Assembly (NCBI GenBank): GCA_964409875.1
Contig: CAYPEN010000001.1
Location: 198,637-262,636 of the forward strand
DNA from: an uncultured Gammaproteobacteria bacterium
GTDB taxonomy: Bacteria; Patescibacteriota; Microgenomatia; Levybacterales; GWA1-39-11
Direction of reading: 5' to 3'
Length of the DNA: 64,000 bases
Numbering within the stretch: position 1 is the stretch's first letter; each line of letters starts with the position of its first letter. Of the stretch, positions 1-9,252 are shown one piece after another. The notes beneath the pieces are model-generated. The model was not told the DNA's origin. It saw only the letters and a program-made list of their open reading frames with translations, and searched no databases. A program made the position numbers and the translations under genes.

Positions 1-279
1 ACGGTTCTGCCAATAAATGACAAAGGGTTTGCCAAAGAAATGCGGGTGGTAGATCCTAATACTGTGAGGTTTAAATTGTGTGTCGAAGACAATGTCCTGG
101 AAAGAACGCTTGTCGGAGAGGAAATTAATTCTTCAGGGTTTCGCATCGGCCCTTCGAATTTTAGGGAAATGATTCTCGGGAAATCAACCTACATATACTG
201 GGACCCCGATATCCCTGGCGGGGAGGATATGGAACACGCGCCGCAATTCCCTTTGCGTCTACAATCCGCAGGAATATAA
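1..279 (+). CDS. hypothetical protein, 5'-truncated by the window edge
   Basis: Frame is open from base 1 to TAA at 277-279; no recognisable motif. Confidence 0.5.
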   Translation, partial: TVLPINDKGFAKEMRVVDPNTVRFKLCVEDNVLERTLVGEEINSSGFRIGPSNFREMILGKSTYIYWDPDIPGGEDMEHAPQFPLRLQSAGI

Positions 280-290
280 GCGGTTTTAAA

Positions 291-512
291 TTAAACCTTT
301 ATTTCAAAAAGTTTGAGGCGGGATTTTTGCCCGGAGATAAGTACAATAGCATTCTTTTTCACCTTGAAATATTCAGAAAGGGCTTCAATGGTCGATATAT
401 TTGCACGCCCTTCAATAGGAGGAGCGGTAACATACACATTCAATTGTCCCAAGATATCTTTTTCGACACGTTCCTTCCTGGAATTTGGATGCACAATCAC
501 ATTTAACCGCAT
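291..512 (-). CDS. DUF167/YggU family protein
   Basis: MRLNVIVHPNS...VTAPPIEGRAN...LSEYFKVKKNAIVLISGQKSRLK; TATAAT 6 nt upstream of ATG 512. Confidence 0.9.
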   Translation of the reverse strand: MRLNVIVHPNSRKERVEKDILGQLNVYVTAPPIEGRANISTIEALSEYFKVKKNAIVLISGQKSRLKLFEIKV

Positions 513-591
513 TTTGTAATTATACAATCTCAAAAATCGCCAGCCTCAAAAGAAATTGTTTTGAACTGAACAATATGGTAGAATCGCCTCT

Positions 592-1932
592 ATGGAAAGA
601 GACAACATACATCAGGAAAAGTTTCACGAAATTATCAACGGGTACAATATTCAGCCTCCATCCGAAGGGCTTAATAAAGCGAAAAGGTTGGGTATATTTG
701 CCGGTGCGGCTGCTACTTCTGCTATTGGCATGCTTAATTTTATAAATGGATGGTCTTCTATTTACGAGATTGATAGCTTCTACCCGGATAAGTTATGGGA
801 CAATGCAAAGACATTTGACACGGCAATGTTAGAACTAACCGGTGGAGTAATGATAACAATTGGGGGAGCACTTATTGCTTCTGTTGCAATTGATAAAGAT
901 GACAGAGAAGAATATTTTTCCCTCGAAGAATCAATACTTGCCCGTCATCCGGAATGGAAAGATGAGCCGCCAGACCCCATTGCTTTGCGTTCTGAAATAG
1001 AAACTTCGCTTCTCCTGCCACCGATAGGCGGTAAATTGAATGACTTTGATAAAAGTAAACCAATACCGCTTCCACCTGCGCTTACTGCTGAAAATTATGT
1101 GTCGGAGCTGATGAAACAAGTCAAAAAACTCCACCCTGAAAAAGGAGATAGTGAGTTTTTTGTAAGCCAGCTTGCAGTCCAGGGGAGGCGCGGAAATGAT
1201 TTCAGGTATGTTGCGCTGGCACTCCTTACCGCAAGCCCTTATGTTCAGGATTGGAATGACTATTTTTATGAAGCCAGCTGGGGAAAAGTAGGACCCCTCA
1301 TTCATGACGGAGGGCGGGTCAGTGGTAAAGTTAACCCGAAATATAAGGACGTTGTAGGGAGGACGGATTTTATCTTAAGAGTTGGTAAAGTCTGGGATCC
1401 GAATTTCGAGAGTATCATAGAAATGGCGCCGGAAGATGTGGTTAATTTACCTGTAGAGGATATAGAGAATGCACTACAAGAGCAGAAAGAACGGGAGCGG
1501 CTTTTGACTGAAGCAAAAGCATACCAAAGACTAGCCCTTGCATATGACGTAGCGTGCAGCAACAGACTGGGTTTGACTGATGATGAGGCAGATGCTTTAA
1601 GTTCTGAATGGTTCTCATTTACAGACAGCATTACAAACCTGTATGAAGAATATGGGGTAGCGGACATCCTGAATGTTAAGTGGTTCCGCAACAAACCTAC
1701 CCAACTGGGACTATGGAACAATAGATATGAGGGGAAATGGAAACCGATTAAAAAAAGTCTGAAAAAGCTTGATGCGGCAAGAATTGAAAATCCTGAAATG
1801 GTAGAGCGCTCGTATTACTTATTGAAAAATAAAGTCGCAGCAATTGATACGATTATCCAAAGCGCAGGACGGCGAATTGCTGAAGAATATTATGAAGGTC
1901 AACCGGAACAAAATGATAGGGCAGCTTTATGA
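592..1932 (+). CDS. hypothetical membrane-anchored protein
   Basis: 446-aa ORF with two N-terminal hydrophobic segments; TAGAAT 7 nt before ATG. Confidence 0.75.
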   Translation: MERDNIHQEKFHEIINGYNIQPPSEGLNKAKRLGIFAGAAATSAIGMLNFINGWSSIYEIDSFYPDKLWDNAKTFDTAMLELTGGVMITIGGALIASVAIDKDDREEYFSLEESILARHPEWKDEPPDPIALRSEIETSLLLPPIGGKLNDFDKSKPIPLPPALTAENYVSELMKQVKKLHPEKGDSEFFVSQLAVQGRRGNDFRYVALALLTASPYVQDWNDYFYEASWGKVGPLIHDGGRVSGKVNPKYKDVVGRTDFILRVGKVWDPNFESIIEMAPEDVVNLPVEDIENALQEQKERERLLTEAKAYQRLALAYDVACSNRLGLTDDEADALSSEWFSFTDSITNLYEEYGVADILNVKWFRNKPTQLGLWNNRYEGKWKPIKKSLKKLDAARIENPEMVERSYYLLKNKVAAIDTIIQSAGRRIAEEYYEGQPEQNDRAAL

Positions 1933-2252
1933 GTGAACGGGAGTTAGAAGCAAGTAGGCAGCATCTTGCAAGACTTGAAGAGCAAAATCAACAATCATTG
2001 TTTGTGCTTTGGAATAAAGAACAAGCTGATGGAAGGCTGGGAGAAATACTCGATCAAATTGATTCGGATGAATTAGATGAGGCAGTAGATACATCAATAA
2101 TTGCCGCACAAAAAATGGCAAAAGTTGTTGAGGAGAACAACTGGTTATTGGCATTGGGTGGGTCAGGTCTTACCAATGAAACAATCATCAAAGTTTGGGA
2201 TTTGAAATTAAAGTTAGATCAGGATATGGTTGACGAAACAGAACAGCCATAA
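1929..2252 (+). CDS. hypothetical protein
   Basis: ATGA overlap with the upstream stop; acidic helical 107 aa. Confidence 0.65.
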   Translation: MSERELEASRQHLARLEEQNQQSLFVLWNKEQADGRLGEILDQIDSDELDEAVDTSIIAAQKMAKVVEENNWLLALGGSGLTNETIIKVWDLKLKLDQDMVDETEQP

Positions 2253-2313
2253 AAGCACCCACCCTCAAAAAGCCTCGCAATTGATACTGTTAGGTATTAT
2301 AATCTGTTTAAAT

Positions 2314-2997
2314 ATGCCTGAGGTTGTGCGTTTTACCCCCAAAGAAGAACAAATTAAAGCACGTCTTCGCGGTCAATGGGACTTGATGGTTCAGGGTGTG
2401 GGAGGCAGGATGTCTTTGATAAATTATGAATTCGACAGGATGGCATCTGAATATAAAAAGGGAGATGGAAGGTCATACCACAATTTGGAACATATCGCAA
2501 AAGTAGACGCAATTCTTAATAGATACCGTCATCTTGCAAGAAATTTTACCGCCTTAAAATTTGCAGGTGACGGGCATGATGTTATTTATGTTCCCGGATC
2601 CGATACCAATGAAGCAGACAGCGCAGCCTATATGAGAGTTGCCATGACAAGGCTGGGAATGCCTGAGGATACAATTGTCGAAACCGAAAGGATAATTAAT
2701 CTAACACACGACCATAAAACAACAGACAATGATGTTGACGGGAAGCTAATGATAGATGCGGATTTTGCGATATTTGCTTCCCCGGCAGATGAGTATGATG
2801 CATATGCACAGGGAATATGGCAGGAATATGTAGGGTCGGGAAGAGTCGGAGCGGATGCTTTCAGAGCTGGAAGAGGTGCACTTCTGAGAGGATGGCTAGG
2901 ACAGGAAAAACTTTTTCTGACAGACGAAATTCGCTCAGACCTGCAACCAATTGCTCATAAAAATCTGCAAAGAGAACTTGACAGATTAGCCGCATAA
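2314..2997 (+). CDS. HD-superfamily metal-dependent phosphohydrolase (COG4339-like)
   Basis: RSYHNLEHI, GHDVIY..NEADSA, IDADFAIF..Y..Y..GIWQEY motifs; start moved to ATG 2314, downstream of TATAAT 2298-2303. Confidence 0.85.
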   Translation: MPEVVRFTPKEEQIKARLRGQWDLMVQGVGGRMSLINYEFDRMASEYKKGDGRSYHNLEHIAKVDAILNRYRHLARNFTALKFAGDGHDVIYVPGSDTNEADSAAYMRVAMTRLGMPEDTIVETERIINLTHDHKTTDNDVDGKLMIDADFAIFASPADEYDAYAQGIWQEYVGSGRVGADAFRAGRGALLRGWLGQEKLFLTDEIRSDLQPIAHKNLQRELDRLAA

Positions 2998-3053
2998 CCA
3001 ACAGCCTCAAAAAAATTATGATATTGCCCGCTTTGTGAATGTATAATCATTTT

Positions 3054-3677
3054 ATGCTCGTTTTTATCGATGATTCCGGAGATCCGGGATTTAAATTAGA
3101 AAAAGGTTCCTCAACTCACTTTGTAATATCTTGCATAATTTTTGATGACGATTTGGAAGCAGAAAAAACATCTTTAGCTATTAAAGAACTCAGAAGAAAA
3201 TTAAAAGTTAATGATCGATATGAATTTAAATTTAATAAAACTGATTTACGTTTTAAAAAAGTTTTTTTTGATACGATTTTTCCCTTCAAATTTAGAGTAA
3301 GGGCTATTACGGTTGATAAAACAATAATTCATAGCTCTCGTCTAAGAAATTACAAAGAAAATTTTTATAACTACATCATCATGCAGGTTTTGAAGCAAAG
3401 TAAAGGACATATCAAAAATGCAAGATTAAAATTCGATAAAAGAGGAGAAAAAACATTGAGAGATGAGTTAAGAGTATATTTAAGTCGTGAACTTGATAAT
3501 AGAAGAAATCATATTTTCAGCGATGTAAGATTTGTTGATTCTAGACAGAATACTTTAATTCAACTAGCCGATATGGTTGCCGGCTGTATAACGTCTTTTT
3601 CTAAAGGCAAAGATAGGATTTTCTATAAACAATTAAAGGATAACGGTAGAGTAGAGGATGTCTGGCAGTTTAAATAA
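3054..3677 (+). CDS. DUF3800 domain protein (RNase H-like fold)
   Basis: N-terminal FIDDSGD and C-terminal IQLADMVAG signature. Confidence 0.88.
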   Translation: MLVFIDDSGDPGFKLEKGSSTHFVISCIIFDDDLEAEKTSLAIKELRRKLKVNDRYEFKFNKTDLRFKKVFFDTIFPFKFRVRAITVDKTIIHSSRLRNYKENFYNYIIMQVLKQSKGHIKNARLKFDKRGEKTLRDELRVYLSRELDNRRNHIFSDVRFVDSRQNTLIQLADMVAGCITSFSKGKDRIFYKQLKDNGRVEDVWQFK

Positions 3678-3753
3678 TTCGACCCTGCTTTCTATCCAAA
3701 CGTAAGTTTGGAACGCGCACCATACGGTGACAATTCGAAAACAGGGTCTTTGT
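3678..3753 (-). ncRNA. candidate DUF3800-associated structured small RNA
   Basis: 12-bp closing stem (GACCCTGTTTTC/GAAAGCAGGGTC, G-U on minus) enclosing two hairpins; own promoter TTGACA (3788-3783) with TAATAAT. Confidence 0.6.
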
Positions 3754-3968
3754 AAAATTATTATTACATATTGAGAAGTTCTTGTCAATTTCCCCAGCCT
3801 CAAAAAAATTCGCAAAAAACCTCGCTTTCAGGTGCAAGAAGCACTTTGTAATTGTCGTTTTCTCAAGAATTTGAGAATAGAAAGGTGTAACTGAAGGTTG
3901 TCCATGGGTGGTGCCCGCCCCCGGATAGATCCGAGGGCGGACTGGAAGACGGCTGGGAGACGGGAAAC

Positions 3969-4310
3969 CTACTTCGAGCGCAGTGCTCGTTTCGGCCTCT
4001 TTGCCTCTGACAACCTCTTGCTGACCAGTGCCACAACGGCAAGGCGGAACGCATCCTTGGCAATGACTCGCGCTAGCAAGCCATCATTGGTGCGGTCCTG
4101 CCATCGGGTGACCCCGGTCCTAATTGCCTCGGCGACAATGTGGGCCCAGTACTCCGACCTATCGTCGATACGGGACGCTTCTTCCAACTGCTTGTAGAGC
4201 AGTCGGAGGGACTCGTCGTCACTCGACTTAAGGAAGGCATCGACAAGCTTGAGAGCTTGTCTAACACTGATCGCCTCCTTCGCACGAGACAGGGCTTGGG
4301 AAACAAACAT
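3969..4310 (-). CDS. hypothetical protein in a GC-rich cassette
   Basis: Protein-like helical 113 aa; GGAG 8 nt upstream; promoter TTGACA-N16-TATAAT at 4472-4445; GC hairpin downstream (~3915-3940). Confidence 0.6.
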   Translation of the reverse strand: MFVSQALSRAKEAISVRQALKLVDAFLKSSDDESLRLLYKQLEEASRIDDRSEYWAHIVAEAIRTGVTRWQDRTNDGLLARVIAKDAFRLAVVALVSKRLSEAKRPKRALRSK

Positions 4311-4553
4311 AGGGCATACTCCGCTGGGGCCGGTCTAGCCAACCCTCGAAACATTTGAACCTCCTGGTTCGACGTACATCTCTATTTCAAGATGCTGCGA
4401 TCTAGACCCATTCGCGGACAATCCCTAGTCATTCCCGGTTATACATTATAGGGTGAAATTGCAGAATGTCAATACTATAAGCTTAGAAATACTATCTTGC
4501 TGTCTCAAAAAAGAGCATTGCTTTCGTTTTAAGATAGGTTTATAAATGAGTTA

Positions 4554-5216
4554 GTGAATAAAGGATTTAAAAGCTTTATTCTTGCCCTTATTCTTACCGC
4601 AGCTTTTGCTTTTCCGGTTTCTGCTGCAAGCTCCAATTTTTTATCTCAGGCAACAAAATTTTATAACAGAATTTGTAAATTGCGTTATGTTCCGGAAAAT
4701 TATGCTTTTCAGTGCTATGTATTCGATAAAGTCGGAGAGATGGATAGTTCTTTAAACTCGCTTGTTCACCGCGTTTCAACTCTTGAAACCAAAGACAATT
4801 CGCAAGACCAAAAGATACAAGGCCTTCAGGACAAAAACGCCTCGCAAGACGCGGAAATTACAGATTTGAAAACAAAAGTTTCAGAATTAGGAAATTCAAA
4901 ACCCGCAGATCCTACTGATATCATATTTTTCAATGGGAAAGTTAGCCCACAAGGTGCTGTTTCACAAGTTTTCGACGCTCAAAAATATTCAAAAGTTACA
5001 TTTACTTATCAGGGAACATCAAGTGCTTTTGTTGTTGAAGTAAGTGGTAATCAAACTGATTGGTTTACACAATATATAAGAGGAGAAGGAGAAAATAAAG
5101 CAGGTGGCTCCGTAACTTTGGATTCTGCTGGAAGATATTATAGAGTCGAAGCCGGCAGCACTACATTGCCCCCAAATGAAGTACATGAATATGCCTTAGG
5201 ACATTTCTTCAACTAG
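4554..5216 (+). CDS. secreted protein with coiled coil and beta-rich C-terminal domain
   Basis: Signal peptide ending VSA-A; heptad segment; GTG start. Confidence 0.7.
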   Translation: MNKGFKSFILALILTAAFAFPVSAASSNFLSQATKFYNRICKLRYVPENYAFQCYVFDKVGEMDSSLNSLVHRVSTLETKDNSQDQKIQGLQDKNASQDAEITDLKTKVSELGNSKPADPTDIIFFNGKVSPQGAVSQVFDAQKYSKVTFTYQGTSSAFVVEVSGNQTDWFTQYIRGEGENKAGGSVTLDSAGRYYRVEAGSTTLPPNEVHEYALGHFFN

Positions 5217-5280
5217 CCTCAAAAAAATGTATATTTTGTTCCATTTTGTTTCCAGATAAGCTGTGATATATTGAATTACC

Positions 5281-6108
5281 ATGAAACCGTACTTCCTCGA
5301 TAATAATTTCGCACTCTATCAAGGTGATTCTTTAGAACTTATGAAGAAATTCCCGGACAACCATTTTGATATGGTTTTTGCTGATCCCCCATACAATCTC
5401 TCAAACGGTGGGTTTACAGTCCACGCAGGAAAGCGAGTAAGTGTTAATAAAGGAAAGTGGGATGAAAGTAAAGGATTTGATGAGGATTATGAATTTCATA
5501 CAAGGTGGTTAAGTGAAGTGAGGCGTGTCTTAAAACCTAATGGTACTGTGTGGGTAAGTGGAACCTATCACTCAATTTATCAATGCGGTCATGCTCTTCA
5601 AAAAGCAGGGTACCACATTTTAAATGATATTGCATGGTTCAAGCCAAATGCATCTCCTAATTTATCTGGTAGATATTTTACGGCAAGCCATGAAACTCTC
5701 ATTTGGGCGCGACGTGACAAAAAAGCAAAGCATATTTTTAATTACAAGGCTATGAAAGAAGGAAATTGGCATTTGTCTGACTTTATAAAAAAGGCTGAAA
5801 AACAAATGAGAAGCGTTTGGGCAATAGGAACTCCAAAGCCCGAAGAAAAAAAATTCGGTAAACATCCGACGCAAAAACCCCTAGCTCTTCTTGAGAGAAT
5901 CATTCTTGCCAGTACCAATAAAGACAGCGTAATTTTGGACCCATTCACAGGCAGTTCAACAACAGGTATTGCTGCAGCAAAATTGGGGCGAAAATTTATC
6001 GGAATTGACACTGAAGAAAATTACCTTAAACTATCGATAAAACGATATAAAGATTTGGATAGCATGCTTTTTAAATATGCAAATAATAACTCGGCTGCAA
6101 GCGATTGA
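5281..6108 (+). CDS. beta-class N6-adenine/N4-cytosine DNA methyltransferase (DpnA-like)
   Basis: FADPPY, HPTQKP and LDPFTGSSTT motifs in beta order. Confidence 0.93.
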   Translation: MKPYFLDNNFALYQGDSLELMKKFPDNHFDMVFADPPYNLSNGGFTVHAGKRVSVNKGKWDESKGFDEDYEFHTRWLSEVRRVLKPNGTVWVSGTYHSIYQCGHALQKAGYHILNDIAWFKPNASPNLSGRYFTASHETLIWARRDKKAKHIFNYKAMKEGNWHLSDFIKKAEKQMRSVWAIGTPKPEEKKFGKHPTQKPLALLERIILASTNKDSVILDPFTGSSTTGIAAAKLGRKFIGIDTEENYLKLSIKRYKDLDSMLFKYANNNSAASD

Positions 6109-6694
6109 GAATTTAAAAAAATATATAGGACAGGATTTGCGCACACTTGCTCTCCAATTTGGAATCACCACTTACGAAACAGGAAAACAAAATAAAGGTT
6201 GGAAGGGCCTTGTCTTAGAACGGCTTGCCGGACTTGATAACAATAATGCCAAAGCTCCAAATGGACTCTCTTACGAACTTAAAAGTGTAAGTTTTTATGA
6301 AGTTAAAGGAAATCTTGTTCCAAAAGAAACAATGGCAATTACTATGGTAAACCCGAAAGAGTTATTGGAAAAGTCTTTTTTTGAAAGTCATTGCTGGTAC
6401 AAATTAAAAGCAGTTGTTTTTTGTGCTGTACGGTGGCACGGGAAAAATGCTGAAAGTGCGGAACTAATTGATGTTACAAGCCTTGATTTTCTTGAAACTG
6501 ACACATTAATTAAAGAAATAGAAAAAGACTATGAATTCATACGAAATAAATTAAGAACTCAAGGTTTTGAAGCGCTTACAGGGAAAGATGGAAAATGGAT
6601 ACAAGCCCGAACAAAAGGTGCAGGACATGGGTCGACATCACGGGCTTTTTATGCGAGAAAAGAATTAGTTAAAAAAATCTTCGAACAAACTTAG
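6077..6694 (+). CDS. MutH/Sau3AI-family restriction endonuclease
   Basis: NKGWKGLVLE.LAGL, ELKS, PKETMAIT, IQARTKGAG, RAFYARK; overlaps the MTase gene. Confidence 0.85.
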   Translation: MQIITRLQAIENLKKYIGQDLRTLALQFGITTYETGKQNKGWKGLVLERLAGLDNNNAKAPNGLSYELKSVSFYEVKGNLVPKETMAITMVNPKELLEKSFFESHCWYKLKAVVFCAVRWHGKNAESAELIDVTSLDFLETDTLIKEIEKDYEFIRNKLRTQGFEALTGKDGKWIQARTKGAGHGSTSRAFYARKELVKKIFEQT

Positions 6695-6766
6695 ACATTC
6701 AATTTCAGAAAAGACCGAAAACATGAGCTAAATTGACTTTTTAAGGAATAGTATTACAATCTGATT

Positions 6767-6994
6767 ATGAACTTCAAAAAAGCAATTCTCACATTCCTAG
6801 TTGGAATTTTTCTCTTTAGTGCAGTTGTAACACCTGCATTTGCTAGAGTAAGAGTTAAGGGATACACGAAGAGAAATGGAACTTATGTCGCTCCTCACTA
6901 CAGGACAAATAAAAACTCCTTAAAATATGATAATTGGTCAACAAAAGGAAATATAAATCCTTACACTGGCAAAAAAGGATACAAAAATTTCTAG
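6767..6994 (+). CDS. small secreted basic protein (VKGYxKxNGTYVxPHYR family)
   Basis: Signal peptide plus the characteristic motif and NWSTKGNINPYTGKKG. Confidence 0.8.
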   Translation: MNFKKAILTFLVGIFLFSAVVTPAFARVRVKGYTKRNGTYVAPHYRTNKNSLKYDNWSTKGNINPYTGKKGYKNF

Positions 6995-7086
6995 ACTAAG
7001 AAAAATAACCCCCACCTGTTTTATCTAATAGTGATTTTTCCAACTTAATATAGAAATGGCAAACAAGCAGGTATATAATGCTTCCA

Positions 7087-7524
7087 ATGAGTAAGACGCT
7101 CAAAAAACGATTCAAATTTCCCCAGGTTTTGAGTTTTGCCATGAGAGTTATCAAAAGAATTCCTCGCGTAGCGTGGGGAACGGCTGCTGTTTTTGGAGTT
7201 TTTTGCTTGGGCATTATATTTGGGTCCATTTCCCAAAGTGGATATATCAACGAGCAAGCTTCGCAAAAGCAGGGAGAGAAGAGTGCCCAGCTGACGGATG
7301 TCCTCAACAATTATCAAGGACTCTCAAAACTTTTTTACCTGCAGCAGCAAGATATGGATATCATAACCGACACATCTCAATGGTCTACAAATCCCCAAGA
7401 ACTAACTGATGCAATATCAAGCTACAAGCAAAAGAAAAACGAAATCCTTTTCCAATGGGGAAGGCTCTACGAGCTTCGCAGAAAAGCCGGATTGCCAAGC
7501 GACCCGAATTTGAAAGCAGAATAG
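7087..7524 (+). CDS. hypothetical single-TM protein
   Basis: TM helix followed by a helical domain; TATAAT 7 nt upstream of ATG 7087. Confidence 0.65.
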   Translation: MSKTLKKRFKFPQVLSFAMRVIKRIPRVAWGTAAVFGVFCLGIIFGSISQSGYINEQASQKQGEKSAQLTDVLNNYQGLSKLFYLQQQDMDIITDTSQWSTNPQELTDAISSYKQKKNEILFQWGRLYELRRKAGLPSDPNLKAE

Positions 7525-7533
7525 GAACGCATT

Positions 7534-7737
7534 ATGGATAATTTCTTTGGAAATAAAAAACAAAAGGTAGTATGGGCGGTATATGTCGTTCTTGCTGCAA
7601 TAATCTTTATTGGAATAACGACCGACTATTCGTGTTCTGTCGCCAATAAATGCGGACAGCTGATCCCAATCCTTTTCTCCCTGACCCTAATATTTACGGT
7701 CCTATCTTTACTATTCAAATCCTCAAAAAAAAGCTAA
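7534..7737 (+). CDS. small two-TM membrane protein
   Basis: Two hydrophobic helices joined by a Cys-pair loop. Confidence 0.6.
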   Translation: MDNFFGNKKQKVVWAVYVVLAAIIFIGITTDYSCSVANKCGQLIPILFSLTLIFTVLSLLFKSSKKS

Positions 7738-7797
7738 ATTCTGTCGCTACGCTCAAAAAACCTCGCTTTCACGCTCAAAAAGTGGTAGAATTACTTT

Positions 7798-9252
7798 ATG
7801 TTCGAGCAAGCTTTTAAAAATATTGATGATGTTTTGTGGAAAGATTCTGGGGTTTCTAATGAGCTTGATTATGTAGAGCAAACTTCATGGATTCTTTTTC
7901 TAAAATATCTTGATGATTTAGAGGAGACGAAGGAAAAGGAGTCAAAACTTGCCGGAAGATCTTACAAATCAATACTTGAAGACAAATATAAATGGGATAC
8001 ATGGGCTGCGCCAAAAGACTCTAGTGGAAAAATAGATCACCGAATAGCTCTTTCTGGGGAAGATCTCACCGATTTCGTAAATTTAGAATTATTTCCATAT
8101 CTTAAAAAATTTAAGGCAGATGCTAAAAGTCCAGACTCCATTGAATATAAAATAGGTGAGATTTTTAGCGAGTTAAAAAATAAAATTCATAGCGGATATA
8201 CCCTTCGTGAAATATTAAATATCGTAGAGACCCTTCATTTCAGGTCACAAAAAGAAAAGCATGAGCTATCTCATCTATATGAATCAAAAATCAAAAACAT
8301 GGGCAATGCGGGGAGAAATGGGGGGGAGTATTACACACCGCGCCCTCTAATACGAGCTATTGTCAAAGTTGTAAATCCAAAGATAGGAGAGACGGTCTAT
8401 GACGGAGCTGTAGGATCGGCGGGATTTTTGTGTGAGGCATTTGAATACTTAAAAGAAAGCAAGCAACTTTCTACAGAAGATGTAGAAATTCTGCAGAAAA
8501 AAACATTTTATGGGAAGGAGAAAAAGTCTCTTGCTTACATAATAGGTGTAATGAACATGATTCTTCATGGAATAGAAGCTCCAAACATTAAGCACACTAA
8601 TACACTTTCAGAAAATATAATGGATTTTCAGGAAAAAGACCGTTTCAACGTAGTGCTTGCCAATCCGCCTTTTGGTGGTAAGGAACGTTCCGAAGTGCAA
8701 CAAAACTTCCCGATAAAAACAGGCGAAACCGCTTCACTCTTTTTGCAGCACTTTATTAAAATTTTGAAAGCAGGTGGCAAGGCAGGTGTAGTAATTAAAA
8801 ACACTTTTTTGAGCAATACCGACAATGCCACGGTTGCCATACGCAAAACCTTATTGGAAAACTGCAACCTGCACACCGTGTTGGATTTGCCGGGTGGCGC
8901 TTTTACGGGTGCTGGGGTAAAAACAGTCATACTGCTTTTTGAGAAAGGCAAATCGACCCAGAAGGTTTGGTATTACCAGTTGAACCCTGGCCGCAATTTA
9001 GGCAAGACCAATCCATTGAATGATAAAGACTTGGCAGAGTTTGTAGAATTACAAAAAACCTTTGCTGACAGCAAAAATTCTTGGACGGTGAATGTAAAAG
9101 ACATTGACCAAAACACTTTTGATTTGAGTGTAAAAAACCCGAATAAAAAAGAAGAAGTTACGTTACGCCAACCGAAAGATATTGTGGAAGAAATGAAAGC
9201 ATTGGACGAAGAAAATACGAAAATCATAAACTTAATTTTGGAATTGATATGA
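7798..9252 (+). CDS. hsdM: type I restriction-modification methyltransferase subunit M
   Basis: GEYYTPR, YDGAVGSAGFL and LANPPFGG motifs. Confidence 0.96.
   Translation: MFEQAFKNIDDVLWKDSGVSNELDYVEQTSWILFLKYLDDLEETKEKESKLAGRSYKSILEDKYKWDTWAAPKDSSGKIDHRIALSGEDLTDFVNLELFPYLKKFKADAKSPDSIEYKIGEIFSELKNKIHSGYTLREILNIVETLHFRSQKEKHELSHLYESKIKNMGNAGRNGGEYYTPRPLIRAIVKVVNPKIGETVYDGAVGSAGFLCEAFEYLKESKQLSTEDVEILQKKTFYGKEKKSLAYIIGVMNMILHGIEAPNIKHTNTLSENIMDFQEKDRFNVVLANPPFGGKERSEVQQNFPIKTGETASLFLQHFIKILKAGGKAGVVIKNTFLSNTDNATVAIRKTLLENCNLHTVLDLPGGAFTGAGVKTVILLFEKGKSTQKVWYYQLNPGRNLGKTNPLNDKDLAEFVELQKTFADSKNSWTVNVKDIDQNTFDLSVKNPNKKEEVTLRQPKDIVEEMKALDEENTKIINLILELI

Larger units (their letters stand above)
527..7782 (+). 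repeat. dispersed junction motif (A)GCCTCAAAAAAA at gene boundaries
   Basis: Copies at 527, 542, 2262, 3003, 3796, 4501, 5215, 7719, 7751, 7772; 16-bp identity 3002-3017/3795-3810; 18-bp identity 3813-3830/7754-7771. Confidence 0.75.
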
